A DNA stretch of 64,000 nucleotides, from NCBI GenBank assembly GCA_963668625.2, contig CAXXKA010000006.1:96001-160000 (forward strand). The letters are read 5' to 3'. Under the pieces are notes generated by a model, which made no database searches, had not been told where the DNA came from, and saw only the letters and a program-made list of their open reading frames with translations. Below, in pieces: positions 39,600-48,759 of this stretch. Both the position numbers and the translations under genes were made by a program. Source of the stretch: an uncultured candidate division Zixibacteria bacterium. GTDB taxonomy: Bacteria; Zixibacteria; MSB-5A5; UBA10806; 4484-95. How positions within the stretch are numbered: position 1 is the stretch's first letter; every line of letters begins with the position of its first letter.

Positions 39600-41102
39600 A
39601 TGTTTTCAAAAATACTAGTAGCTAACAGAGGCGAGATTGCGGTTCGAGTGATGAAAGCCTGTCGCGAGCTGGGAATCAAAACCGTGGCGGTATACTCGAC
39701 TATCGATCGTGATGCTCTTCACGTGCAGGTTGCCGATCAGGCCGTATGTATCGGCGAAGCCCCTCCCGGCGAGAGCTACCTCAATATCGATGCTATCATA
39801 AATGCGATTAAAGAGACCGGCGCCGATGCTGTTCATCCCGGCTATGGCTTTTTATCCGAGAACTATCTTTTCGCCGAGAGATGCGCAAAAGAGGGGATAG
39901 CGTTTATCGGGCCGTCGGCGGAATCGATGAAACTGGTGGGTGATAAGGTCGCCTCGCGCGAGGTGACAGAGAAAGCCGGCATACCGCTAATCCCCGGTAT
40001 GAGAGGCAAGAGCACGGATGTCAATGAATGCCTGGAGGAGGCCGAGCGAATCGGTTACCCGGTACTGCTTAAAGCCTCGGCAGGCGGCGGTGGCAAAGGT
40101 ATGCGCGTAGCTCGTGATAAAGCCGAGCTTAAGGACGCCGTGGAGGCGGGTATGCGCGAGGCCGGTTCGGCGTTCGGCGATCCCTCGGTGTATCTCGAAA
40201 AATATATCGAGCAGCCCCGTCATATAGAGTTCCAGGTGCTAGCTGATAATCACGGCAACGCCATTCACTTGTTCGAAAGGGAATGCTCGATACAACGCCG
40301 TCACCAGAAAATAGTAGAGGAAAGCCCCTCGCCGGTGCTAACCGATGAGCTTCGCAAAAAGATGGGCGAAACTGCCCTGAAAGTAGTCGAGGTCTCCAAT
40401 TATACCAACGCCGGTACGGTTGAGATGCTTCTGGATAAGCACGGCAATTACTATTTCCTGGAGGTCAATGCCCGCCTTCAGGTGGAGCACCCCGTAACCG
40501 AAATGGTAACAGGTGTTGACCTGGTGCACGCCCAGATAAGAATTGCCGCCGGCGAGAAGCTCTGGATAAAACAGGAGGATCTGTCCCAGCGCGGTCATGC
40601 AATCGAATGCCGTATCTATGCTGAGGATCCCGAAAACAATTTCTTACCTTCAGCCGGTAAGATACTTTATATGAAAGAACCAACCGGTCCCGGCATCCGT
40701 CACGATTGCGGCGTGTTCTCCGGCTACGAGGTTTCGGTTTATTATGATCCGATACTTTCCAAACTGATTGCCTGGGCGCCGGATCGTGAAATATGCTGCC
40801 ATCGTATGGCAAGAGCGCTGGAGGATTTTCCGGTTCTGGGAATCAAAACCGGTATCGAGTTTTTGCGGGATGTCGTGATTCATCCTGAATTTATTGCCGG
40901 TAACACTTTCACGGATTTCATCCCGGCCAACATGCCGGATTGGAAACACGAATCCGGGAATGGCGTTTTAAACGAGGCGTTAATTTCGGCGGTATTGTTC
41001 GGTAAATACAATCGCAAAAAGTCGATGGTGTCAGGTAAACAGGAGCTACCCTCGCCCTGGCTGGAGATAGGTGACTGGCAAATCGGCTCGGGCGCGGTTT
41101 AA
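39600..41102 (+). CDS. Biotin carboxylase subunit (MCC alpha / AccC-like)
   Basis: KILVANRGEIA, HPGYGFLSEN, GGGGKGMR, RECSIQRRHQK, RLQVEHPVTE, YYDP. Confidence 0.95.
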   Translation: MFSKILVANRGEIAVRVMKACRELGIKTVAVYSTIDRDALHVQVADQAVCIGEAPPGESYLNIDAIINAIKETGADAVHPGYGFLSENYLFAERCAKEGIAFIGPSAESMKLVGDKVASREVTEKAGIPLIPGMRGKSTDVNECLEEAERIGYPVLLKASAGGGGKGMRVARDKAELKDAVEAGMREAGSAFGDPSVYLEKYIEQPRHIEFQVLADNHGNAIHLFERECSIQRRHQKIVEESPSPVLTDELRKKMGETALKVVEVSNYTNAGTVEMLLDKHGNYYFLEVNARLQVEHPVTEMVTGVDLVHAQIRIAAGEKLWIKQEDLSQRGHAIECRIYAEDPENNFLPSAGKILYMKEPTGPGIRHDCGVFSGYEVSVYYDPILSKLIAWAPDREICCHRMARALEDFPVLGIKTGIEFLRDVVIHPEFIAGNTFTDFIPANMPDWKHESGNGVLNEALISAVLFGKYNRKKSMVSGKQELPSPWLEIGDWQIGSGAV

Positions 41103-41118
41103 AAAAGATGGAGTTATA

Positions 41119-41643
41119 ATGGAACAAGAATTTGTATATCAGGGCGAGACTTATACGGTAAAAGTTGAAAACGCCAACGGGGATAACTCCAAGTCCGAGG
41201 CATTCAAAGCCTCGATAGCCGAGCGAGAATATGCGATTGACCTGGCAAAAGTGTCGGCTAATTGTTTCTCTGTCTCTTTCGATGGCACAAATAAAACCGT
41301 TTATGTTACTGATTCGGATGATTCGGTATTCGTTCACCTGGATGGTCGTGTCGTTAGGTTGGATAAGATTACCGATGACGCGAAGAAATTTTCCTCTGCC
41401 GGATTGGAGTATGGCGCCAAGGATGAGATCAAAGCGCCTATGCCGGGTAAGGTGGTGAAAATACTGGTCGAGCAGGGGCAGACGATCGAGGTCGGCCAAC
41501 CGCTGGTAATAGTTGAGTCGATGAAGATGGAGAACGAAATCAAATCGCCAACAAACGGGACTGTAAAGGCGATTAATTTTGCAGCCGGAGATTTAGTCGA
41601 TCCCAGTCAGGCGATATTAAATCTAGAACCTGATGAGGAGTAA
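41119..41643 (+). CDS. Biotin carboxyl carrier protein with N-terminal BT-like domain
   Basis: APMPGKVV...ESMKMENE biotinylation motif. Confidence 0.93.
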   Translation: MEQEFVYQGETYTVKVENANGDNSKSEAFKASIAEREYAIDLAKVSANCFSVSFDGTNKTVYVTDSDDSVFVHLDGRVVRLDKITDDAKKFSSAGLEYGAKDEIKAPMPGKVVKILVEQGQTIEVGQPLVIVESMKMENEIKSPTNGTVKAINFAAGDLVDPSQAILNLEPDEE

Positions 41644-41841
41644 ATAATATTACATGGTCTTCCAATATTTTGCTATTGAAGTATAAATATGCTTGAAAAA
41701 CTTGATTTATATAACAATTACCTCTATAATAGAATTATATGATATATAATGGGTTAAGCTCAATCGACTCGTATGAGTTAAATATTATTTGACAAAAAGA
41801 TTCCAATACTATTTACTTTCTGTTAAGAAAGGACTTTGCTT

Positions 41842-42279
41842 ATGATATTTTCACAAACAGCTTACTACGCCATGCGGGCTGTATATTATCTATTAACGAC
41901 CAGTGATAACGAATGGCATCTTACAAAAGATGTTGCCGAGTCTACTAAGATACCGGCTCCGTATCTTGCCAGAATCATGTCAACCCTGGCAAAACGCGGT
42001 ATTCTTCGTTCACGCACCGGAATGGGCGGCGGTTTTAGTATCTCGAACGAGGGAATGAACCAAACCCTGTATGATGTCGTTACGCAGTTCGATAATTTCG
42101 ATAATGTACCCGAGTGCATGTTCGGTTTTACAAATTGTAAAGCCGATGATCACAACTATCTTCATGAGAAGTGGACGGATGTGAAAGAGAGGCTGGTCAA
42201 TATGCTCAAGGAAACCAAGCTTGGTGCTTTGAAACATGATCAGGAACTCATCGACTGGCAAAAAGTTGAGTCAGTGTAG
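41842..42279 (+). CDS. Rrf2 family transcriptional regulator
   Basis: YAMRA, IP.PYLARIM..L...G.L.SRTG.GGGF; C..G...C....H metal-ligand region. Confidence 0.9.
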   Translation: MIFSQTAYYAMRAVYYLLTTSDNEWHLTKDVAESTKIPAPYLARIMSTLAKRGILRSRTGMGGGFSISNEGMNQTLYDVVTQFDNFDNVPECMFGFTNCKADDHNYLHEKWTDVKERLVNMLKETKLGALKHDQELIDWQKVESV

Positions 42280-42304
42280 TTATCGAAAATTGATGAATAA
42301 ATTT

Positions 42305-42337
42305 AACCCGGTGATTTGGTATCGCCGGGTTTTTTTG
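42305..42337 (+). terminator. Rho-independent terminator
   Basis: AACCCGGTGAT-TTGGT-ATCGCCGGGTT followed by a T run. Confidence 0.85.
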
Positions 42338-42357
42338 TATTTATCGTAACTGATATA

Positions 42358-42386
42358 TTGACCGGAATTTGATATTAGCCTATAAT
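42358..42386 (+). promoter_or_regulatory. Sigma70-like promoter
   Basis: TTGACC-17 nt-TATAAT, 10 nt upstream of the ATG at 42397 (near-leaderless). Confidence 0.6.
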
Positions 42387-42396
42387 CGATTTCACT

Positions 42397-42798
42397 ATGA
42401 AAGAAGATAAAAAATTCAATTCGGATAAATGCGCCGGATGTTCTGGCAAATGCTGTCGTTATATATTAGTCGACTTACCGACTCCTCGAAGCCGACTGGA
42501 TTATAACAATTATGCCTGGTATCTGGCTCATGAGAAAACAGCTATATATATCGATGAGGGTAAATGGTATCTGGCGGTGTTCAATAAGTGTCGCTATTTG
42601 GGCGAGGACAATCGCTGCAGCGCCTATGATAAACGTTTTCAAGCCTGCAGAGATCACACCGATGAGAACTGCGAATTCGACAGTGATTTCGTTGCTGATA
42701 TCATTATTCGTGATCCGTTCGAGCTTATGGAGTACGGCGAAAAGAAATTCAAGAAAGCCGCCAGAAAACGCAAAATCTCGATGAGGAAGAACAAGTAA
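42397..42798 (+). CDS. YkgJ-family CxxCxxCC cysteine-cluster protein
   Basis: CAGCSGKCC...CRYL...RCSAYDKR..AC. Confidence 0.85.
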   Translation: MKEDKKFNSDKCAGCSGKCCRYILVDLPTPRSRLDYNNYAWYLAHEKTAIYIDEGKWYLAVFNKCRYLGEDNRCSAYDKRFQACRDHTDENCEFDSDFVADIIIRDPFELMEYGEKKFKKAARKRKISMRKNK

Positions 42799-42800
42799 AT

Positions 42801-43249
42801 TCTTTGATTATCTGATGCGAGGTAAATCTGGTGTATTGCTGCTCACCCTGGATCCCGGATCGAGTCCGGGATGACAGTGGGCGGGGATTAGGTGTGTCAT
42901 TCCAAACTTGATTTGGAATCCAGTGAAACGAGTAGCAATCTATTTGATTCTGGAAAGTGACAGCCATCATATATCTTATTCTATACTCTTTGATTATCTG
43001 ATACGAGGCAAATCTGGTGTATTGCTGCTCACCCTGGATCCCGGATCGAGTCCGGGATGACAGTGGGCGGGGATTAGGTGTGTCATTCCAAACTTGATTT
43101 GGAATCCAGTGAAACGAGTAGCAATCTATTTGATTCTGGAAAGTGACAGCCATCATATATCTTATTCTATACTCTTTGATTATCTGATACGAGGCAAATC
43201 TGGTGTATTACTGCTCACCCTGGATCCCGGATCGAGTCCGGGATGACAG
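42801..43249. repeat. Tandem array: 186-bp unit x ~2.4 with alternating inverted TGTCAT...ATCCAG palindromes (BIME-like)
   Basis: Units start at 42801, 42987 and 43173. Full units carry CTGGATCCCGGATCGAGTCCGGGATGACA and TGTCATTCCAAACTTGATTTGGAATCCAG; the partial third carries only the first. Confidence 0.92.
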
Positions 43250-43265
43250 ATCAAATATGACAGTA

Positions 43266-43736
43266 TTAAATCTTTGGCGGTTCTATTCCTAGAATTCTCA
43301 AATAATGATTAATCTGTGAGCGGTGATGTATATCATGCTCCAGCAGATGCATCATTATCCACTTGCCGGTAATCATGTGGATTTCGCCGCGCCATTTATG
43401 CGGAATCTCTTTTTCGGTGATTCCCGGACAGCGTTCGAAAAAATCCTCCAGCCTTAACCAGTGATCATTAAGCAAATTCTCGATTTCCGGCTTTGGATAG
43501 CTCGGGCAAGGAGTTAAATCCTTATAGTCTTTGCCATCTATGATTTTGCTTATCCACCAGTTGCTGGCCTCGGCAATATGCATGAAAATATTACCGAGAG
43601 TAATCATCTGGTCTGCCGGCCCCCAATCAAGTTTATCATCGGGAGTTTTTTTCAATGCCTGCATTATTGGCGGTTTAACCTCATCGAACCAGAATTTTCT
43701 GATTATCTCCAATTCCAGCATACCTTTAGTTTCCAT
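43266..43736 (-). CDS. DinB family protein
   Basis: TLG.IFMHIA...HLLEHDIHHRSQI..YLR.LGIEPP. Confidence 0.88.
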   Translation of the reverse strand: METKGMLELEIIRKFWFDEVKPPIMQALKKTPDDKLDWGPADQMITLGNIFMHIAEASNWWISKIIDGKDYKDLTPCPSYPKPEIENLLNDHWLRLEDFFERCPGITEKEIPHKWRGEIHMITGKWIMMHLLEHDIHHRSQINHYLRILGIEPPKI

Positions 43737-43870
43737 CTTTGCTCCTTATTTTTAGTAATAATACTATATTCCTCGACAGGCTTTTTAGGTCTCCTAAAAG
43801 TATCTTGACTATTGTTACCCAGAATTTTATAAAGCTATATGTAATTTATTAAATTTAAACTGGAGGAGCA

Positions 43871-46234
43871 ATGTCTTTAACCAATATCACCGGCAAAAAG
43901 CTCGAATTCGGCAACAGAAGAGCACTCTATCTGGATATCACCGAGTTTAAAGATCAGCCAGGATCCATCGGCAACGACACTATCGATTCTTTGAATAAAT
44001 TCAATCTCTGGTATCGAACCCTGTGCTCGATACTGTTCAACTTTGCTCAATCCGGCCATCCCGGCGGCAGTGTCTCCTCAGGTCATTTCGTCTCCTCGGC
44101 TATTATCGAGACGATGGATTACGATATCAGCGATCCCGACCGGGCTGACAACGATATGATTAGCTATGCCGCCGGTCATAAGGCGCTGGGTTTGTACGCC
44201 ATGTGGGCCTCCCGTAACGAGATGCTTCGCATTGCCAATCCTGAAATCCTGCCCGAGGAGAGAAAACAGCTCCGGTTGGAGGATATGCTTGGTTTCCGGA
44301 GAAACCCTACTCAGGACACCCCTCTGTTCAAGAAGTTCAATGCCAAACCTCTTGATGGTCACCCGACTCCGATGACTCCTTTTTTGAAGCTCTCGACCGG
44401 CCCCTCCGGCGTGGGCGTACCCGCCTCACTGGGATTAGCGATGGGAGCGCTGGATAGATTCGGTAAGAACCATCCGAAAGTGCATATTATCGAGGGCGAG
44501 GGCGGCATGACTCCCGGACGAGTATCAGAGGCATTGGCAACCGCCAGCTCTGGTCTGCTCAAAAACGTTATCCTTCATGTAGACTGGAACCAGGCCTCGA
44601 TTGATTCCAACAACGTATGCCGTAACGGCGCCACGCCCGGCGACTACGTGCAATGGGATCCGATCGAATTTTTATACCTTCACGATTGGAATGTGATCTA
44701 CGTTCCCGATGGTTTCGATTACGATATGGTCATTCGTGCCCAGCGAATCGCCAAGGAGGGATTAAACGATCAACCCACCGCTATCGTGTATAAAACCGTT
44801 AAGGGTTGGCGTTACGGTATAGAGGGCAAAGCCTCGCACGGGGCAGGACACAAATTCTGCTCGGATGAATATTACAAATCGCTCGAGGAATTCGAAAACG
44901 CTTTCAATTTCAAACTTCCGAGGCTGGAACAACAAAGTACCCCCGAGGAGTTGGAGCAGTTATACTACGACACCCTTTTGGCGCTTCGCAATGTGGCCGA
45001 ATCGGAAACCGAGATGCATGGCTATATCGCCAGAAGAGTAGCCGGCAGCAAAGACAGGCTCGATAAACTTAATCGTAAGCCGCGACCGGATGCTCCCGAT
45101 TTGAGCAAGTTGTACAGCGATAGCAGCATCGATTCCCAGAAGATACCCGAAAGCCTTCAGCTGGCTCCCGGCGCCAAATCGACTCTTCGCGGCGAACTGG
45201 GCAAGTGCCTGGGCTATCTCAACAATCATACCAGTGGCGCATTTATAGGCGGGGCGGCCGATCTTCTGGGCTCGACCTCGGTAAATAAATTGAATGGTGA
45301 TTACCCCGGCGGATTTTATAATTTCGTCAATAACTCCAAGGCTCGTTTGATCGCGGTCGGTGGTATTTGCGAGGATGCCCTGGGCGCATTCATGACAGGC
45401 GTATCATCGTTTGGTTTCAATATAGGGGTGAGCGCCTCGTACGCGGCTTTCATCGCGGCCCTGGAGCATATCGCGGCTCGTGTGCATTGTATAAGCCAGC
45501 AGGCCCGTCACGATTTCAACGGCGAGCCGTTCAAGACCTTCATCATGATATGTGGTCATGCCGGATTGAAAACCGGTGAGGATGGCCCCACGCACGCCGA
45601 TCCGCAGGCGCTTCAACTTCTACAGGAAAATTTCCCGCATGGAAAAGCCATTACGTTAGTACCCTGGGACCCGCAGGAACTCTGGCCGCTTCTGGTCGAG
45701 GGCTTGAAAAAACAGCCCGCGTTGTTAGCACCGTACGTTACCCGCCCCAGCGAGGCGATAATAGATCGCGCCAAGTTTTATCTTCCCCCGGCAACCGAGG
45801 CTGTCAAGGGTGTGTACCAGTTCCGCAAAGCCGATCCGAACAAAGCTCCGTATCACGGCACTGTCGTGTTGCAGGGCAGCGCTGTTACCAACGATTTTGT
45901 CACTTACGTGCTGCCTAAGCTGGATGAGGGCGGTTACAATATGAATATTTACTATGCCGCAAGCGCCGAGCTGTTCTCGCTTCTGCCTGAGGATGAGCAA
46001 GAGGCTATTTTCCCGGAGGCAAGGCGGGCTGAGGCGATGGGTATCACCGGTTTCACCTTTCCGACTATCTATCGCTGGGTGACCTCTGATTACGGTCGTA
46101 AGCACTCGATTCACTCTTTCAGCAAGGGGATTTATCCCGGCTCCGGCAAAGCTGATAAAGTGATGCAGGAGGTTGGCCTGGATGGCGTGGCACAATGGGC
46201 AAAGATTCAGGAATATATAAAAGGCAGAGCTTAG
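43871..46234 (+). CDS. Transketolase-like ThDP enzyme (long divergent form)
   Basis: SGHPGG, AAGH, LDGHP, STGPSGVG, GEG...VDWN, GICE, GEDGPTH. Confidence 0.85.
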   Translation: MSLTNITGKKLEFGNRRALYLDITEFKDQPGSIGNDTIDSLNKFNLWYRTLCSILFNFAQSGHPGGSVSSGHFVSSAIIETMDYDISDPDRADNDMISYAAGHKALGLYAMWASRNEMLRIANPEILPEERKQLRLEDMLGFRRNPTQDTPLFKKFNAKPLDGHPTPMTPFLKLSTGPSGVGVPASLGLAMGALDRFGKNHPKVHIIEGEGGMTPGRVSEALATASSGLLKNVILHVDWNQASIDSNNVCRNGATPGDYVQWDPIEFLYLHDWNVIYVPDGFDYDMVIRAQRIAKEGLNDQPTAIVYKTVKGWRYGIEGKASHGAGHKFCSDEYYKSLEEFENAFNFKLPRLEQQSTPEELEQLYYDTLLALRNVAESETEMHGYIARRVAGSKDRLDKLNRKPRPDAPDLSKLYSDSSIDSQKIPESLQLAPGAKSTLRGELGKCLGYLNNHTSGAFIGGAADLLGSTSVNKLNGDYPGGFYNFVNNSKARLIAVGGICEDALGAFMTGVSSFGFNIGVSASYAAFIAALEHIAARVHCISQQARHDFNGEPFKTFIMICGHAGLKTGEDGPTHADPQALQLLQENFPHGKAITLVPWDPQELWPLLVEGLKKQPALLAPYVTRPSEAIIDRAKFYLPPATEAVKGVYQFRKADPNKAPYHGTVVLQGSAVTNDFVTYVLPKLDEGGYNMNIYYAASAELFSLLPEDEQEAIFPEARRAEAMGITGFTFPTIYRWVTSDYGRKHSIHSFSKGIYPGSGKADKVMQEVGLDGVAQWAKIQEYIKGRA

Positions 46235-46250
46235 ATATCTCTATTCAAAT

Positions 46251-46284
46251 CAAAGCCGCTCGATGAATGTCGGGCGGCTTTTTT
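46251..46284 (+). terminator. Rho-independent terminator
   Basis: AAAGCCGCTCGA-TGAATG-TCGGGCGGCTTT followed by T residues. Confidence 0.85.
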
Positions 46285-46605
46285 GTTGATCCTAAAAAAC
46301 ACCGGTATATCCGATGTGTACGTTTGAGGCGAAGCGTTGTTATTTTTTTCTTGTTTCAAAACTCCGATTTGGAAACGGTTGTATTCGAGAAACCTAGTTT
46401 CGATTTTTATTTGATTATCGATAGAATGTCCAAGCGAAGATTATAAAATACGGTTGAATGCAGAAGACGAGAGCATCTGCCAGCCACGGAAATTTAACCT
46501 GAATATATCCGTATGCAGAGTATATTTATAGTAAAGGAGATGGTACGATAAAAGCATCTTGCTAATCTATTCTGTTGGTGTTAGAGCTTCGGTAATGAAT
46601 TTCTA

Positions 46606-46752
46606 ACTGGAGCGGATAGGTTATAGGCTGAACTGAATGCTTGAGGCCAGACCTCGTAAAGGAGATTAATCAGACCTGTAACCGAATTGCCACCATAAGG
46701 CAAAGACCTTGAATAGGAGTTTGGTAGGCGCCGACAGAGAGTCTGCTCCAGT
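46606..46752 (+). ncRNA. Putative IS110 bridge/seek RNA region
   Basis: Non-coding segment closed by a long-range stem ACTGGAGCGGA (46606-46616) / TCTGCTCCAGT (46742-46752), directly upstream of the transposase. Confidence 0.55.
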
Positions 46753-46777
46753 GATAACCATAGAATGGAGCAAGAAG

Positions 46778-47791
46778 ATGAGGTACTTAGGAGTAGACCT
46801 TCACACAAACAGTTTGACCGTGTGTTACCTGACAGCCGGTGGTCGGGAGAGGATCAAGGAGTATCGGCTAAAGGATCTAAAGGAATTTAAACGAGGATTA
46901 AAAAAGACGGATTGTGTAGCGGTTGAGGCCACTGGCAACACTCGTTATTTCGTTGATGAGATATCGCATTTGGTCAAGCGAGTTGTTGTCGTCGATCCGA
47001 ACAAATTTGAGATAATCAAATCATCAGTCAGTAAGACGGATGAAAACGATGCCAGGAACTTAGCCTATTTTATGAGCAAAGACATGTTGCCGAAAGCCCG
47101 ATTAAAGACGAAAGATAAAGCGCAGATCAGTTCACTTGTTGGGACACGGGACAAGCTGGTCAAGTTACGTACAGCTTTGAAGAATAAAATACACAACATA
47201 CTCAATCATCATGGTATCAAGAGTAAAAAGGAGGCCTACTCCAGCAACAAGAGTTTGGAGCGGGTTCTAAAGATGAATTTTGATGAGGTTGTTTCTGTTG
47301 AGCTTGAGGTATTGGTTGATCAGATTCGCAGTTTGAATGAGGGGATAAAAAAGCTGGACAAACAGATAGAGGATCAGGGTCGCAAGTTGAACGGGCATAA
47401 GAACCTGACCAGCATCAAAGGAATCGGCAGCAAATCAGCTACAGTGTTGCTTTCGGTAATTGGTGATGTTGCTGATTTTTCGGACAAAGATAAATTGGCC
47501 TCATATTTTGGCGTAGTGCCGCGAGTTTCCAATTCAAACGAGATTCAGCATCATGGTCGGATTACCAAGCGTGGTTCTAAGATTGGTCGGACTACACTGG
47601 TGCAGTGTACGCTTGTTGCCATACGATATAACCATTACTTGAGTAAATATTACAATCGTATAAAAAACCGTCGTGGCAGCGGTAAGGCTATCATTGCCAC
47701 AGCCAGAAAATTACTGGGAATAATCTATGACACCTTGAAAAATAATTGGGTGTTTGAAGATTTCCCTAACTTTGTGTTAGCAAACAGATAA
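46778..47791 (+). CDS. IS110 family transposase/recombinase
   Basis: YLGVDLH, AVEATG, KTDENDA (DEDD); SIKGIG, SYFGVVP..SNS, ITKRGS, AIIATARKL. Confidence 0.95.
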   Translation: MRYLGVDLHTNSLTVCYLTAGGRERIKEYRLKDLKEFKRGLKKTDCVAVEATGNTRYFVDEISHLVKRVVVVDPNKFEIIKSSVSKTDENDARNLAYFMSKDMLPKARLKTKDKAQISSLVGTRDKLVKLRTALKNKIHNILNHHGIKSKKEAYSSNKSLERVLKMNFDEVVSVELEVLVDQIRSLNEGIKKLDKQIEDQGRKLNGHKNLTSIKGIGSKSATVLLSVIGDVADFSDKDKLASYFGVVPRVSNSNEIQHHGRITKRGSKIGRTTLVQCTLVAIRYNHYLSKYYNRIKNRRGSGKAIIATARKLLGIIYDTLKNNWVFEDFPNFVLANR

Positions 47792-48018
47792 CTGAAATTT
47801 GGAGTAGACTTTTATCATAGGAGTATGTATGTCGGGACTTGCAATGCTTGCTAAAATCATTTCCCTGATTGCTCTACTTCGAGTATTAGTGATTACTGAA
47901 TCACCGTTTCTTTGTGCTGGCATGTTTATATTTCTGGATATTAGATAGGTTTGTTGGCAGGTGGGTAATATTCGGTATAGTATCGGTTTTAGGAGTTGCG
48001 ATAGGGTTGGTATAGTAA

Positions 48019-48750
48019 TTATAAACTTAGTTGTGATGGCGAAATTTCAGGGTAATTATCCCAGATTTGGCCCTCTAATAACCGCCCCGTTTTCTTCTTA
48101 TTAACGCCGCCCCATTGTTTGAAGAAAAACGGTATGCCGTGCTTGACACATCTATTTCTGATTTGGATTACCCAGCATCCATCAATAGGTCGCGAACGAG
48201 GGCCCGACTCGCCGCCGACTATAACCCAATCTATCTTTTTCGTTGGGAAATCAGGTATGGCGGAAAGCAAAGGTTCCATCGAAACGAATCTTATAAAAGC
48301 CGGCACTTTGCCGAGATCATCCATCCTGTAAACGTAATCGGAATTTTCAACACTGACTCCCATCCAGATATTTTTCGGCCATGGTAATTTCGGCGCGATC
48401 TCGACTAAGCGTTTCGACCTTTTGGTGAGTATTTGAAAAGTATGCCAGTGAGCCTTGCTCATCACATCGAACATTTTTATAATGAAGCTATCAGGGATGT
48501 CTTCATGAAACAGATCGCTCATCGAGTTAACGAAAATAACCTGAGGCTTTTTCCATTTGAGAGGCTGTTCTATTTCATGCGGGTGAAGAGTAACATTGAA
48601 ACCATCTTTATACTTAGGCTGTCCCATTTTCATCAGACGGTGAGCCATACGCTCGGCATAGCAGTTGCGACAACCCGGGCTGGCTTTTGTACATCCGGTC
48701 ACCGGGTTCCAGCTTGTGCCTGTCCATTCTATTTTAGTTGGTTGTGGCAT
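48019..48750 (-). CDS. DUF5131 / phage Gp37Gp68 family protein
   Basis: TKIEWT..SWNPVTGCTKASPGCRNCYA, FVNSMSDLFH, LTKR, RFVSMEPLL, WVIVGGESG, FFFKQWGG. Confidence 0.93.
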   Translation of the reverse strand: MPQPTKIEWTGTSWNPVTGCTKASPGCRNCYAERMAHRLMKMGQPKYKDGFNVTLHPHEIEQPLKWKKPQVIFVNSMSDLFHEDIPDSFIIKMFDVMSKAHWHTFQILTKRSKRLVEIAPKLPWPKNIWMGVSVENSDYVYRMDDLGKVPAFIRFVSMEPLLSAIPDFPTKKIDWVIVGGESGPRSRPIDGCWVIQIRNRCVKHGIPFFFKQWGGVNKKKTGRLLEGQIWDNYPEISPSQLSL

Positions 48751-48759
48751 AAGTATAAT

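Larger units (their letters stand above)
46584..47823 (+). mobile_element. IS110 family insertion sequence (ends approximate)
   Basis: DEDD transposase with ~190-nt 5' non-coding end and a short 3' end (TAGACTTTTATCATAGGAG); no terminal inverted repeats; GAG present at both inferred junctions. Confidence 0.75.

Noticed and set aside
42749-43156. 135-aa ORF with an internal duplication
   Set aside because: It is the translation of the 186-bp repeat; WIPNQVWND and SSRTRSGIQ are the palindromes themselves.
42801-43249. Possible CRISPR array
   Set aside because: The sequences between palindromes are repeated rather than unique, the palindromes alternate in orientation, and there are no cas genes in the window.
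46350-46402. Palindromes GTTTCAAAACTCCGATTTGGAAAC and GAAACCTAGTTTC as IS110 ends
   Set aside because: They are ~180 nt from the inferred end and resemble the separate repeat relic at ~31461-31486.
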